Assembly: GCF_009914755.1 (NCBI RefSeq)
Contig: NC_060927.1
DNA length: 64,000 nucleotides
DNA from: the human T2T-CHM13v2.0 reference genome, Homo sapiens
Direction: 5' to 3' (one strand)
A program made the position numbers and the translations under genes. The notes under the pieces were generated by a model. It was given only the letters and a program-made list of their open reading frames with translations. It was not told the origin of the DNA and searched no databases. This document shows positions 16,915 to 30,960 of this stretch, piece by piece (within the stretch, counting starts at the first letter, position 1; each line of letters opens with the position of its first letter).

Positions 16915-18230
16915 AAAGAATTATCGATCAACTGATTTTCAACAACATTGCCAAGGCAATTCAATAGAGCAAGGTAAGATTTTTCAACAAATAACACTAG
17001 TGTGATTTGATATTGATATAAAAACCAACTCTTATCTCACGCCATACACAAAACCTAATTTCTATTAGAAAACACATGAAAAAATTGTTGCAACCTGGGA
17101 ATAAGCAAAGGTTACTTGGGGCCAGAAAAGCATGAAACATAAAGCAAAACGTTGATAAGTTGGACTTTATAAAAATCTTTTATCTCCAAAATACACTGCT
17201 TAAAAAAAGGCAAGTCATGGTATCAAAGAAAATATTTTCTATTCTTATATCTGAAAAAGTACTTGTATCCAGAACATATAAAGAACTTTTACAACTTAAT
17301 ATAAAGTTAATCAAAACAATATGAAAATGAACAAAGTATTTGAAAAGAAACTTCAACAACTTACAAATAAGCAGAGACACCACCAGGCTCCACTCAGGAT
17401 TGTTCTCTTTGCACCATGTCCTGGAGCCTCTCTTAAGGCAGCAAGCTGGTGCAATTCTAGGCACACAAAAAGATGCTAAATATTATTAGTCTGGGGAAAA
17501 AGCAAATAAAAACCACAATGAGAATAGCTAACATTTAAAAAGCAAATTAAAAATGTTCACAATACCCAGTGTGAGCTAGGATGTGAAGTGTTTGAAACTC
17601 CTATACTCTGCTGGTGATGTGTAAAATGGTAAAACCACTTTAAGAAATTCTTTATGAATGTTTAAAACTTGAACATTCATTTACCATACAATCCAGCCAT
17701 TCCACTCCCAGATAATTTCCCAAGAGAAACTAAAACCTCTTCACAGAAAGACATGTCACAAATATTTATAGCACCTTTACTTAAAATTTCTCCAAACTGG
17801 AAATAACCCAAATGTCCATCAATAAGTGAATACATAAGCAAAATATGGTGTATCTATAGAATGGAATTCTACTCAGCAATAAAAACAAATGGAATACTGA
17901 TAACATATAGCAACATGGATGAATTTCAAAAATAATATGCAGAATGAAGCAATCATACTCAAAAAAGTATATACTATATCATTCCATTTATGTAAAATTC
18001 TAGAAAATATAAACTAATCTATAATAACAAAAAGCAGGTCACTGATTGCCTGGGGCTAGGATGGAATGCAAAGGGGTATGAAGGAACTTTGGGTGGTGAT
18101 AGAAATGTTTTGTATCTGGATTGCAGCACTGGCTTCATTGGTGTGTATACATCTGCAAAAAGTGAAACTGTACACTTTAAGTGGATGCACCTCATTATAT
18201 AAAAATTATACCTACATAGAGTTGATTAAG
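16915..18230 (+). mobile_element. Old L1M ORF2 end and 3'UTR
   Basis: CAACTGATTTTCAACAA...GCCAAGGCAATTCAAT, CCAAATGTCCATCAA, L1MC/ME-type 3' end. Confidence 0.8.
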
Positions 18231-18250
18231 GAGACTCTAATATTTGGGAG

Positions 18251-18594
18251 ATTTATTTTATTTTATTTTATTTTATTTTATTTTATTTTGGTTTTCTTGT
18301 TTTTTGTTTTTTGAGACAGGGTATCACTCTGTCACCCTAGCTGGAGTGCAGTGGCACACTCGTAGCTCACACAGCTTCAACCTCCTGGGCTTAAGTCATC
18401 CTCCCACCCCAGCCTCCTGAGTAGCTGGGACTACAGGCACACACCACAATGCCTGGCTAATTTTTTTTTTTGTAGTGATGGGGTCCCACTATGTTGCCCA
18501 AGCTGGTCTAAAACTAACTCTTGGTCTCAAGCGATCCTCCTGCCTTGGCCTCCCAAAGTGCTAGGGTTATAGGCTTGAACCACCATGTCTGACC
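18251..18594 (-). mobile_element. AluJ-like with (TTTTA)n tail
   Basis: Alu body with J diagnostics. Confidence 0.9.
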
Positions 18595-18855
18595 AGGATT
18601 TCTGCTTTCACTTAGGACCTAGAAAGTTGCAAGACAATTCCTCTAACTATAAAAATGACATGTAGGACTGTGGACAAAACCGAAATAGGCCCACAAGAAT
18701 AAAACAGATAAAGAATTCAACCAAAAGAATATACAAAATTTTATATATAAAGAATAAAAGCCAATGAAGATTGAAAGGATGTCCCAGAAGGAAAAAAAAA
18801 ATGTGAAAACACAGAAAAGGCACATAAAATAAAGCAAACCGTCTTTTAAAGTGAA

Positions 18856-18938
18856 AAAGGACTCACCCCGAATTCTTTCTTGCATGAGATCCAAGAACCC
18901 TCTCTTGGGGTCTAGATCAGGACCCCTTTCCAGTAACA
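18856..18938 (+). mobile_element. ERV1 LTR 3' tip (MER41-like)
   Basis: GAGATCCAAGAACCCTCTCTTGGGGTCTAGATCAGGACCCCTTTCCAGTAACA. Confidence 0.7.
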
Positions 18939-19236
18939 CTGGGAGGGAAGGAACTGATGAGGAAGTGGAATAGTCTTGAACTGGCTGAGTTTAAATCTAC
19001 AATTGACACATTTAAAATCAGTTCGGCTAAGGTGCCTTCAACTAGTACATTTAGTTCTTTTTCTGAAAAGGGAGTCTATCAGCCACTCACTTAAGAAAAA
19101 ATAAGGTACATATTTGCATGTCTGAATTAAGATTGCAAATTTTCATACTGACCGCCTGTTAGCAAATTCCATTTCTGTCTTCATTCCTTTTTATTGTTAC
19201 TTTGAAAGTATCCAACATCTCCAGGCTCTTTGCCTC

Positions 19237-19717
19237 TGTCAACCTAAATAACCAACAGAGAGAAGCCCTCTAAAAGAAAATAATATTTATTTGGGAATAG
19301 GGTATTGCAATGGGAATACACATACCATCGTAAACTATGTGTGTATTCAGGAAAGTAAGGGAAGACAAATGGTTTTAAAGAAAAAATGAGGAGGATTACA
19401 TAATTGTTTTGAGATGATCACCCTTTGCTACAAGGATCAATAACAATGGTGACACCACTCTGAGTTTGGACAGGCAGTTGATGGGCAGGTGTCCCTGCAG
19501 AATTATCTTTTGTGTAAGGTTGTGATAACCTCTGTGCAATGTTTTGGTTTTTGTAGAACCTTTTGTGATAGTTTTTATTATCAGGCATTTGTGCATGAAA
19601 ACCCTCTCTTTATAGCTTTTTTAGCTCTACTTGTCAGAGTTTGTTGTTGTTATTGTTGTTGCTGTTTTGTTTTGTTTTAACAGAAGTGACTCCATTTTGA
19701 TTCTGACAACTTGCACA
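19237..19717 (-). mobile_element. ERV1 solo LTR (MER67-like)
   Basis: Reverse strand begins TGTGCAAGTTGTCAGAATCAAAATGGAGTCAC, has AATAAA and ends GGTTGACA; CCTC/CATC flanks. Confidence 0.7.
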
Positions 19718-20611
19718 CATCTGTGGTGTGTCTATGTCCTCCTCTGATTGTTGTGAGATTTCCATGCTAGAATGTTCACAGAAAGAAAGCCCATTCTCCC
19801 CTCTGTATGAAAGAGAATGTGCCAGGAGTCCACTGGCGATCTGAATAAACGGAGTTTAATAATTTGGTGCATATAAATCGACATTGGACCAGAATTTCAA
19901 AAGGACCATGGATGCCAGGGAAATTTCTATTTTCTGAAGAGAGATCATTCCTGTAATTTATGCTGGGGCAGAGAAAGTCATAAGCATAAAGAAGATTGCA
20001 GAAAGGTATTCGAAGCCCAGTTCCTGATAAGATGGAAAGATGAACACAGGACCGTGTCCCCTCAGTACTCTGTACATAGTAGATGTTCGATAAATATCTA
20101 CACACTTTTTTAATAGATAAATAAAAAATTATTATTGTCCCTCACACATTTAAGTTCATATGCTCTTCCTTCCAGAAGTTTCATCATTTCAACCTAATTG
20201 GTTATTCAGAGATTGCGGACTTCGTCCCACCCTAGAGGGGGATATAATGACAGTCATCATTCCTTCTAGCCGCCTAGCACCCATGAACTGAATTTGGGGA
20301 ATCCCCCACGGTGTGAATTGGGCCCTCCCACTAGAGGAGCTCTCTCTCCCAGTTTCCCTAGCAGCAAGGGACCAACCTGAGCCCCACCCTGAGTCAGCTG
20401 CCTCCATGCCAGACTGTAAATCTAAAGCTGATGATAAGGAGGGAATGGGCCCCCATGGGAGCCACTCAGCAAGGATGGCAGCAGCTGCAGGCTGGGGCAG
20501 GGCTCCCCTAGTTCCTGTGCCTGCCTCCCAGGGAGCATTACTCCTGACCATGCAGCCACCTTGCCTGGATTTCTGACCCACCTGGAAATTCTGTGAGCTA
20601 TTTAATATTCT

Positions 20612-20772
20612 CTAAGCTTTGCTACTTCCAGTGAGATGGATGGGCCAGCAGCAAAGGCATCACCTAATTAGAAATGCAGAACCCCAGCCCTACCCCAGAC
20701 CTACTGAATCAGAATCTGCATTTTAACAAGCTCCTCAGTGGCCTGAATTTGCATTAAAGTTACAAAGTACCA
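20612..20772. mobile_element. MER5A hAT-Charlie element
   Basis: AGAAATGCAGA...CCCCAGACCTACTGAATCAGAATCTGCATTTTAACAAG. Confidence 0.8.
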
Positions 20773-20889
20773 AAAGATTTCTCAACCATCCACAAAGAGT
20801 TTCTATCATTTGTGATAAAGAGTCCTGCTGATGGGAGTACTCATCTCTGGGTCCCCATCTTCTCATCCATACATTGAGAAGGCTTGACT

Positions 20890-21190
20890 TGACAGCCTTG
20901 AAAAAAAGGAAATTGTGACACATGCTACAACATAAGGGTGTTATGCTGAGACAAATAAGCCAGTCACAGAAGGACAAAAACTGCATGATTCCACTTGCAC
21001 AGGTCCCTAGAGTAGTCAAACTAATAGAAATTAGAATGGTGGTTACTAGGGGCTGGGGTTGAGGGGAAAGGAGAAGGAGCTGTTTAATGGATATAGAGTT
21101 TCAGTTTTCCAAGAAGAAAAGGTTCTGGACATTAGTTGCACAGCAATGTGAATATACTTAACACAAACTGCACACTTAAAAATTGTTAAG
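20890..21190 (+). mobile_element. L1MB-like 3' end
   Basis: AAATAAGCCAGTCACAGAAGGACAAA...CTGCACACTTAAAAATTGTTAA. Confidence 0.8.
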
Positions 21191-21545
<355 letters not shown>

Positions 21546-21549
21546 TGTT

Positions 21550-22738
<1,189 letters not shown>

Positions 22739-22741
22739 TTA

Positions 22742-22767
22742 ACACACACACACACACACACACACAT
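22742..22767. repeat. (AC)n microsatellite
   Basis: Direct reading. Confidence 0.95.
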
Positions 22768-23874
22768 AATTCCTTAATTTGGACAATACATTATACAGTC
22801 ATCCCGCTTATAAGGCTCGCTATGACGACCTTTGCTTATGTCTCTATGTCCTGAAACTCCAGTTTGCACCTCTAGCCACACAGAATTGCTTTTGTTCCCC
22901 ACACTTGCCTGCCAACTCTACTATTCCTCATCCCCACAGCTGAGTCCCCTGCTCCTAGAGGTCTCCTCTAGTACCCCATTCCCATGTCCTTCACCCAACC
23001 CTGCCCCCAGCATCATTTGTGTACCTCTCTCAAACTGAGCATATTCTCACAATTCCCCACTTGCCTGTCTGTCTTCTCATCTGGCTGGGAACTGATCTGC
23101 ATTCACCTCTGTCCCCTCAGTAGCTGCTTGTTAAGTTGAGCTCAACTAACACTCACTAACACAGTCAACATTAACACCACACCTCTGCAATGCCATTGGA
23201 CTCAGCACCCTGCCTAACCCATCCCTGTCTCTTACCTTCACTTCCTCAAAATTCAAAATTCTTTGCAGGAATATCCAATTAGCTGAGCCTAGGTCACAGG
23301 CCCATATCCCAGCCTCCAGAGGGGTAGAAAAGGGTTAGCCAATCACTACACATTCTGAGGCTGGAGGCAGAGCCCTGTCTCCTACCAAGCACCAAACAAC
23401 AGAGAATTACCTACAAGCAGGAAGAGGCTTCTGTTGTTGGATGGCCAAAAAATAACAAATACCTAATCTACACCTCAAACTGCAGGAGCACGAAAAGTAT
23501 AGAAGGCTCTCTAATTTCTTCTCTCCCTAAAAATGTTTCACTTGCTCTTCTTGCTTCCCTCACAAACTCTTTGGGCCACTTTAGCTCAAATAGAGCCAAT
23601 ATATAAAGGGATTACATTTACAAAGATTATTGAAAAATGACAAAAAATGCTCCAGTCCCAGGCATTCAGGGCCAGCTGGTGTCGGAAGATGTGGTCGTTG
23701 TCTGTGGCAATAAACCTTAAGTGCTTCCAGCTCATGCATGAATTCTCAACCTTCTTTGGATCCACTCTTAGCTCACCTTCAATTATCCACAACTCAAGTC
23801 AACTATGTGTCAGACCAAGAAATCCAGGGGGAGATGATGACGACAATGATGATGATGATAACAGCAATACTAAT

Positions 23875-24095
23875 ATCTATTAATAATATTTGATGAGCAC
23901 TTTTACTCCAAACATGACTCTAAATGCTTCACATTATTTTATTTAATTCTCACAATATCCCCATGAAAGCAATACTATTTTATGCTCATTTTAAAGATGA
24001 GGAAATAGAAATCCTGAGAGATTTTCTACTGAAAATGCCCAAGGTCACACAGCTAGTAAGTGGTGAAGCAAAGGTCTAGTTCTAACCCCCATGCC
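23875..24095 (-). mobile_element. MIR
   Basis: CATTTTAAAGATGAGGAAA...GCCCAAGGTCACACAGCTAGTAAGTGG core. Confidence 0.8.
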
Positions 24096-25389
24096 ACCCT
24101 GCCTTTTGAGAGCAGCTGCCTGTGAGGCAGGGACTACAGCACCCAGGCTCCAGCTGTTAGTGCCTCTGCAGGAGGTATTGGTGCTTCTCAAGCTCGCACA
24201 TTGAGGAAGACCCTTCTCTTGTGAGGAGAGGCCCAGCTCCCTCCATCATCCAAGGAGGTAAAATATCATCAACATCTGTAACAGATAACTGACTGAATTG
24301 TCATTCTGGCTCTTACTTTCTTGGACTTCTTCAACATTCTCTTGGCTTCTCTTTTTACCAAAGGTTGGAAGCATGTTTCCTTGCAACTAAATGAATGGAC
24401 TGGAGTAAAATGAAAATAAAAGCTTTCTCTAAAATCTCTCAATCCGTTGTTTATTTTTAAATAAATCGATGCTCGTCTAGAGCCCTGTGGGTGTGCTGGC
24501 AGCATTTGAGAAAGTCCTGGGTCTGGGAGCCAGCAGACACCTGTGTACAATAATGAACCAGGATCCTCTGCAACCTGAACTTCTAAAACAATCTTGTTGC
24601 TTGCCAGACAACTGGGAAAATATGCCCATTGACCTCCCCACTTCCCTGGCCAGGCCAGGGTTCCAGGAAGCCCAATGTTGTTATGCATCTGAGCAGGGGA
24701 GGGGGCAGGAGGTGCTGGGGGATGGGAATTTTTGTGCAGAGTGGGTGCATAGGCCCATGGAATATGGGGAAGGAAATCCATATAAATAGATGATGTGCCC
24801 AAGTCTTGGCCAGTGCAAATGCCCCATGGAGGCTGTGGTTCAGAGCGTGATGGCTTGTGGCCTCCTTCCCCATCCAGTGTTTCCCTGCTACCCTTTCCTA
24901 CGGGAGATCAGGCAGGACATCAACAAACCCGGTTTGTTGATGCTTTAGTATTTCCTCACATGTTCCAGTGATAAGGGGCTTCTATTTGTTGAGCTCAGCA
25001 AGAATCAGACGCTTTATACACAGTTACAATATTTCTACATGAGGGCTTTGAGTCTGTCCGTGTAACAAAATGGAGGCTTAGAAATTTGGTCAAGGTTCAG
25101 AGTCAGCAAATGGTGGAGCTGAGCTAGGCCCAGGTCTTTCTGATGAGAAAATGTCTATGTTTTCTCTGTATATACACAGCACCCAGGAAGGCATGGTTGC
25201 CCCCAGCTTGGTGACACCCAAGACCACACCAGGCTCACCTCCACCAGCAAACACAGTGTTGAACAGGGTCACAGAGGGACTGGTAAGAGTAGGGGTGAGG
25301 AAGAGAAGAGCAGAGGAATAGTGCAAGAAATATTTCAATAATAATAATAACTGAAAATAATATCCAGTCATAATTGACTGCTTACTATA

Positions 25390-25796
25390 ATTAAAGCAAA
25401 TAAGAAGGAGACCGTTAGCCTAAGGTTGTCTGTATATCTGGAGCTCTTACAGAGTTAACCCAAAACTTCACTTGGAGGCATTTCTTGTAACCAATTTAAA
25501 ACAACAACAACAAAACTGAGCTTTATCCAATCACAGGCAGCCAATTAGCCAGTCTGTTATAGAGCTAGGGATCTCCCCTTGAACTATACCCAAATAAAGC
25601 AAATGCTCAGCTGTAGCCAATCAAGTAATTTTGTCAACTTTACTTTTGCATTCAGCCTATAAAAGCTGGTTGCTCATGCTGCTGTGGTGGAGCTCTCTGA
25701 ACCTCTTCCAGTTTTGAGTGCTGCCCAACTCATGAACTGTTCTTTGCTCAAATAAACTCTGTTAAATTTATTTTGTCTAAAGTTTTGCTTTTAACA
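25390..25796 (+). mobile_element. ERV1 solo LTR (MER57/LTR54-like) inserted in a MIR
   Basis: Several CCAAT boxes, CCTATAAAAG, AATAAA, ends TTTTAACA; MIR-like sequence resumes at 25797. Confidence 0.7.
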
Positions 25797-27489
25797 TGCT
25801 GTGCCAGACACTATGCAAAGCACTTTACATTATCTCCTCTAAAAGAAATAAATTCCTTAAACTAGCCACCTATGTGGGCAGGCAGAGTGAAAAGTCTCCT
25901 CTGCTAGATGGCATGGCTGAAGAATCTACCTCACGAGGATCCAGACCTTGTGAACAATAGACACCGTATACAGGTATGAGAACTCACTGAGCTGCACAGG
26001 CAGGCGGTTGATTCCTCCCACCAGACTCTCTCTCTCTGGTGGAGATATAGATGCCCTTCCCACCCACTCTTAGGAAGACTCTGCTTTCTTGTAGACATGT
26101 CTGGCCACCGTGATTATCCAACAGTTAGAATATTATCTCAGGGCTGGCCTGAGACATGTGCATGTCTCAGACAGGCTAATGAATCTGAAGCCCCTTCAAT
26201 AGCTTAACAATATTTGTTCCATATGTGTCAGAGAAGTGTTCTCAATGAATATTTAAATGTCCCCTAGTATGCTTTCTGTCTCAACAGAAGTGGACCATGG
26301 TACATTTTGCCACATTTGTGTGGTGTCAAGTGCAGACATCTGAGTTAACTGGTACCATGTTTTCCATTTATTCTGCTGCTGTCTTAGTGGTCCTTGTAGA
26401 TTGACACCTCAGACCCATCGGCCTGCCCTTTCGTATGATTCCACTGGCTGTGGTGGTTTTGTGAGGATCATAAATGTCCTTCAATTAGAGACAGGTGCCC
26501 CAAACTTTATTCTTCTAGTAACATACCGGCCTTTGCCAATTGTGAATTCCTCCTAGCCTTTCTTGAACCTGTCTCCATTTCCAGCCTGTGCTATCTCTCA
26601 AAGTGACAGGTTGCCCTTGGGGAAATAGGATATCCTTCTCTGTGTTTTAAAGTTCTCCCAAGTGTCTAGATTTTTGTCATAAGATCCAAGTCCTATTCTA
26701 CACCTTCTCCATTATTTCACACACTTTGTAAGTCTCTAAGGATGAAAGAGGCAACTTCTTTGTCTCTCTTTCTTAAAAATTACACTCCGCTATTGCTCTA
26801 GTTTCTTGATGCTATTTTTTTTCTCACTGCAAAGGAGACCCCTCTTCTTGTGTGCCTGTGCTTGACATCAGGATTTAAATACAACTGCTTGCCTTTGGTA
26901 TTGTGGCCTCACATTCCAGGCTTCCCTCGTGTCTGATTTCAAAACTGTATCCACTCCAACCACTGAAATGGATTTGCACTTCCACCACAACATTCAAGAG
27001 CGAGAAACATTGCATTACTTTCTTTTTTCCTAATTCAAATTCCATCTGGCTCTCAGTCCCTACTTCCCTGGGCAGTGAAACGCCCAACATAACTCACTAC
27101 TGGGGATACCTTTTCTTCCCTAGGGTCACCCAAGAAGCCAGTGAGTCTCTCACAGTCTTGAAAACTTGGGGAAGGACCTCTCTGGTCTTCAACCTACCAC
27201 TAAGATTCTCATTGCCCATGTTGTCTGTTTAAAATGGGTGGTGTCACATTTTACACCCTGTATAGGGCACAGTGTTTGTTTGCTGCTACTCCCAACATCA
27301 CATCCTTTAGGGCCCAGTAACTGACAACTGTGTATAATCCCCTGGAGGCCTTGACACGAAGGTGAGGTGCCATTTTCACCATGTATGGACCTCACCATCA
27401 CCTTCTCCTCCACCTCCAGGAGTCACCCCAAACACCAGGCACCAGCTTCCACCTCCTCCTCCTCAGGCAGAACCAAGCTTGGGCCCCTA

Positions 27490-27937
27490 GTGTAGAAGGG
27501 CTGTCTTCTGGGTGCCAGGTGCAGCAATCACTCTAGGTGTCTGCTGCTAAGCCCAGAACTCGCCTTTCCAGTGACTAAGCTTCTGCTTGAGGACTTTCAT
27601 AGCCACAGGGGTGTGCTTGGCTCATTGTGCAAGCCAGAAGTACCTGGAAGTTAACGACCTGGAAGCAACCTCAATCAATGACTTGAGGATAAATACATCA
27701 GCTCCTGGTCCCTATGGTGGAACAACACATGGAGCTGTGTTTCACACAACCTCCCAGTGGGATGGAGCCCGAGGTGCCCTTGGCAGTAACCTTCTGGTCA
27801 ACACACCCTGCATTAGCTGCCCTCCATGCCTGGGCTCACTTCTCCACTCTGCCTACTGTGTGCCTCCTGTGGTCACCTCCCAGATTGCCCACAAACTCTT
27901 GTACTAAGGTCTGCTTCAGGGAATCCCAACCTAGGAG
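27490..27937 (+). mobile_element. ERVL LTR16-like solo LTR
   Basis: GCAACCTCAATCAATG, GGTCACCTCCCAGAT, ends AGGTCTGCTTCAGGGAATCCCAACCTA. Confidence 0.7.
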
Positions 27938-29804
27938 CCCTGGTAGCTTCTGTTCTGGGCTCTGAAACCCAAAAGCTATCAACATCTCCAGAGGCAAAGG
28001 AGTCCAGACCTAGTCTGCCCTTATCTGTTAAGAAAGAAAAGAGAAGAAAGAAAAATGACCTTTTTCTCCTTCTGGAGTCTCCTCCACAAAGAGGATAAGA
28101 GAAATGAACAACACCATATATTTTACCGCCATAGAACAATTACTAACTGAGCACCTACTATGAGGCCAGCCTGGCCCACAGCCATCTGGGGGATAAAGAA
28201 GAAAAATGAGAAGGTGCTGATGACCCAGATCTCAGGAGAAGAAAATCAACGTTCTTGGTGTGGGAATGAACAACAGTGGAGCACTGACTCTGAGACACAT
28301 GTCCTATATTCACATCCTCAGGTATTTGCTGGGAAAATTAGGGCTCAAGGGAATGCAGTGACTTGCTCAAGCTGAAGGTCACCTAATCCAACCATGGTGT
28401 GACCACGCCTTGGCCAGCAGGGTCTCTTGCCCTGATATAGGGGGCTCTGGTTGGCAAGGAGAGGACTTTGGCAATGTAGGCCCTACATTTGACAGGACCC
28501 AAACAGGGCTTCACTAGGGCTTAGTTTTCAAAACCATGTACTTCAGCTCCACCCAGCCCTTCTAGGGAAGGTGCAATTCAGAGAAGCTGCAACAAACACT
28601 CACAAAATGGGTTAATAACAGTATGGCAAACACCAAATTAATTGCCCACTCAAGTAATGCAGTCCATATGGGGGCCCTGGAGAGCAGAGACAATGGGTGG
28701 ATTCTCTCCCTGTACTCAAGTCAGCAGGAGTCAAAGTCACTGAGATTGAGGATCCAAAGTTCTCCCAGAGCCATGAGTGGTGGCTTCACCTTATTCTGGC
28801 CTCCTTGCCTGTAACTTCTATAAAGAGAGTTTTGCAGGGCGTGAAGTCATTGCTGAGACAAAGTAGAGGTTGTGTTTTGTTGCGCTGTGAGCACTTTCTC
28901 AAAGAGAGGGTCTGTTTGGAGCTCTGCTTCCCTGGCTTTCCTCTTCTAAAGGCCAAGAGCTTGCAAACACTGCAATGTGAACTATGCATTAAAATTTTAT
29001 ACACTAATATATATTTTACTGAACTTTTTAATAACCCTGGGAGAAATAGCTTTAAATAATTCAATATGGTGTTGGCCCCGAGCTGAACTATGCTACAAGT
29101 AACCATGTATAAAATATGACACTAATATTGCATACCTTAATATAATAAATGTTTATCTTGATAATAAGCCATTTGAATTCTAGTAATGTGTGAGTTACAG
29201 TTGCTATGGCACAGTCTTGTTAAGGTTTTAAATGAGACATCAACAGCAAAAGCAACATAAATGTACACATTAATCTACTTGCTATTTATAAACGAACCAA
29301 CTGGACAGTGAATAGCTTATTCATAAATAAAAGCTTTAAATGCCATTTATGAGGCAAGTGAATGACTGGAGGAAGTTTGCGGCCAGTAATGTATGTTTTC
29401 CTCAGAGCTACCTTTGGGATTTTATAGAAAGTCCAGCATGAGGACAGAGGTCAGTTTCCCCACCCAACAAGGAGGCCATTGTCAGAGGAAGGAGCCATTG
29501 ATGCACAGTAGGTGTTCAATAAATTCTTATTGGAAGACTTTAAGTGGCTGCCTCAGGAAGAAGAATTTAAGAATTTGAGTGGTTTCCAAACCTGGCTATG
29601 AATCAAAATTACCTGGACGTTGTGTTAAAAATACAGATCTCCAAGTCCCGCCCAGATACAGAGCTAGAATCTTCAGATTTTCAGCCTAGGAATCTCACCC
29701 CAAGTCTACAGTCAATTTGCCTTTTAAAAAATTTTAAAAAATTCTACAAGTTTTTTTTATTTTGTTTTGTTTTATTGTTGTTTTGTGAGGGGCTAGGGGT
29801 TTGT

Positions 29805-29939
29805 TTGTTTGTTTGTTTGTTTTTAGAAACAAGGCCCCACTGTGTTGCCCAGGCTGAACTCAAACTCCTGGGCTCAAGCAGTTCTCCCACCTTTGCCTCC
29901 CAAGTAGCTGGGATTACAGGTGTGTGCCCTGCACCCAGC
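29805..29939 (-). mobile_element. Alu monomer (FLAM/FRAM-like)
   Basis: Single about 130-bp arm with (TTTG)n tail. Confidence 0.8.
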
Positions 29940-30129
29940 TCTATGGGATTTTTAGGGGAGAATCTTAAAGTTGGAAGAAACCCTGGTGATTATCTAATCC
30001 AACCTCTAAAATCACATAGCAGGTTTGTGGGCACGCTAGGACCCATCTGCGTTCTGATCCCATACCAATGTCCCAACATTGTTTTCACCAGGCCTGTGTC
30101 TCCAAACTGGGGCATGTGTCCACTAGTTG

Positions 30130-30960
30130 GATTAGTCAGGACTTGAATTTTAGTTACAAGTGGAAATAACCTAAGGCAAATCAATTTAACCAAGAAATTA
30201 CATGGCTTTAGGTACAGCTAGATCCCAGGATTAAAATGATGTCATTGGGGTTTACCTCTTTCCACCCTTCACTTATGCTTCCTTTGGGTTGGTTCATTCC
30301 CAGGCAGTTTCCTCTACTAGCGACCTTGAAATTTCTAGGCTACATCTCAGCGGTTTACCCCCCCAAGCTGAAACAGGCTTTCTCTGTTGCAAGAGTAGCA
30401 GCAGACGCCCAAGGGCTGATACTCATTGGTCTGCTTGGGCCACATGTTAATTTTTTTTTTTTTTTGAGGTGGAGTCTCGCTCTGTCGCCCAGGCTAGAGA
30501 GCAGTGCCATCTCAGCTCACTCCAACCTCCACTTCCTGGGGTCAAGCGATTCTGCTGCCTCTTCCTTCCCAGTAGCTGGGATTATAAGGCATGCACCACC
30601 ACAGCCAGCTAATTTTTTGTTTGTTTGTTTGTTTTGTTTTTGTTGTTGTTGTTGTTTTTAGTAGAGATGGGGTTTTGCCATATTGGCCAGGCTGGTCTCG
30701 AACTCCTGACCTCAGATGATCTACCTGCCTTGGCCTCCCAAAGTGCTGGGATTACAAGTGTGAGCCCCCGTGCCCGGCCCATTTCTGAAGCAAGCATTGC
30801 ACTCAGAGGAATGTAACCTGAGTTACGGGTATACCTGGGACAGGGCAGGGTCCAGCCATGGACAGAGAGTTGGAGGGGTGGTTCCCCCAGAGAGAAATTG
30901 AGCCACTGGTACCAGAAAGGGAATAGAGGCAGGGCAGGAAAAGCAACAGAGCAGCTGTCT
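30130..30960 (-). mobile_element. Old MaLR LTR (MLT1-like) interrupted by an Alu
   Basis: TTAGTCAGGACT...TTAGTTACAAGTG start and ATTGGTCTGCTTGGGCCACATG motif. Confidence 0.5.
30451..30779 (-). mobile_element. AluS with (TTG)n-expanded central linker
   Basis: Alu dimer; linker 30612-30660 expanded into TTTG/TTG repeats. Confidence 0.95.

Noticed and set aside
18856-18938. MER41-like piece as an interferon/STAT1 enhancer
   Set aside because: Only the 3' tip remains; the U3 region that carries the GAS sites is absent
24269-24873. Overlapping 96-177 aa ORFs in unique sequence
   Set aside because: No domain similarity or splice structure that I can support
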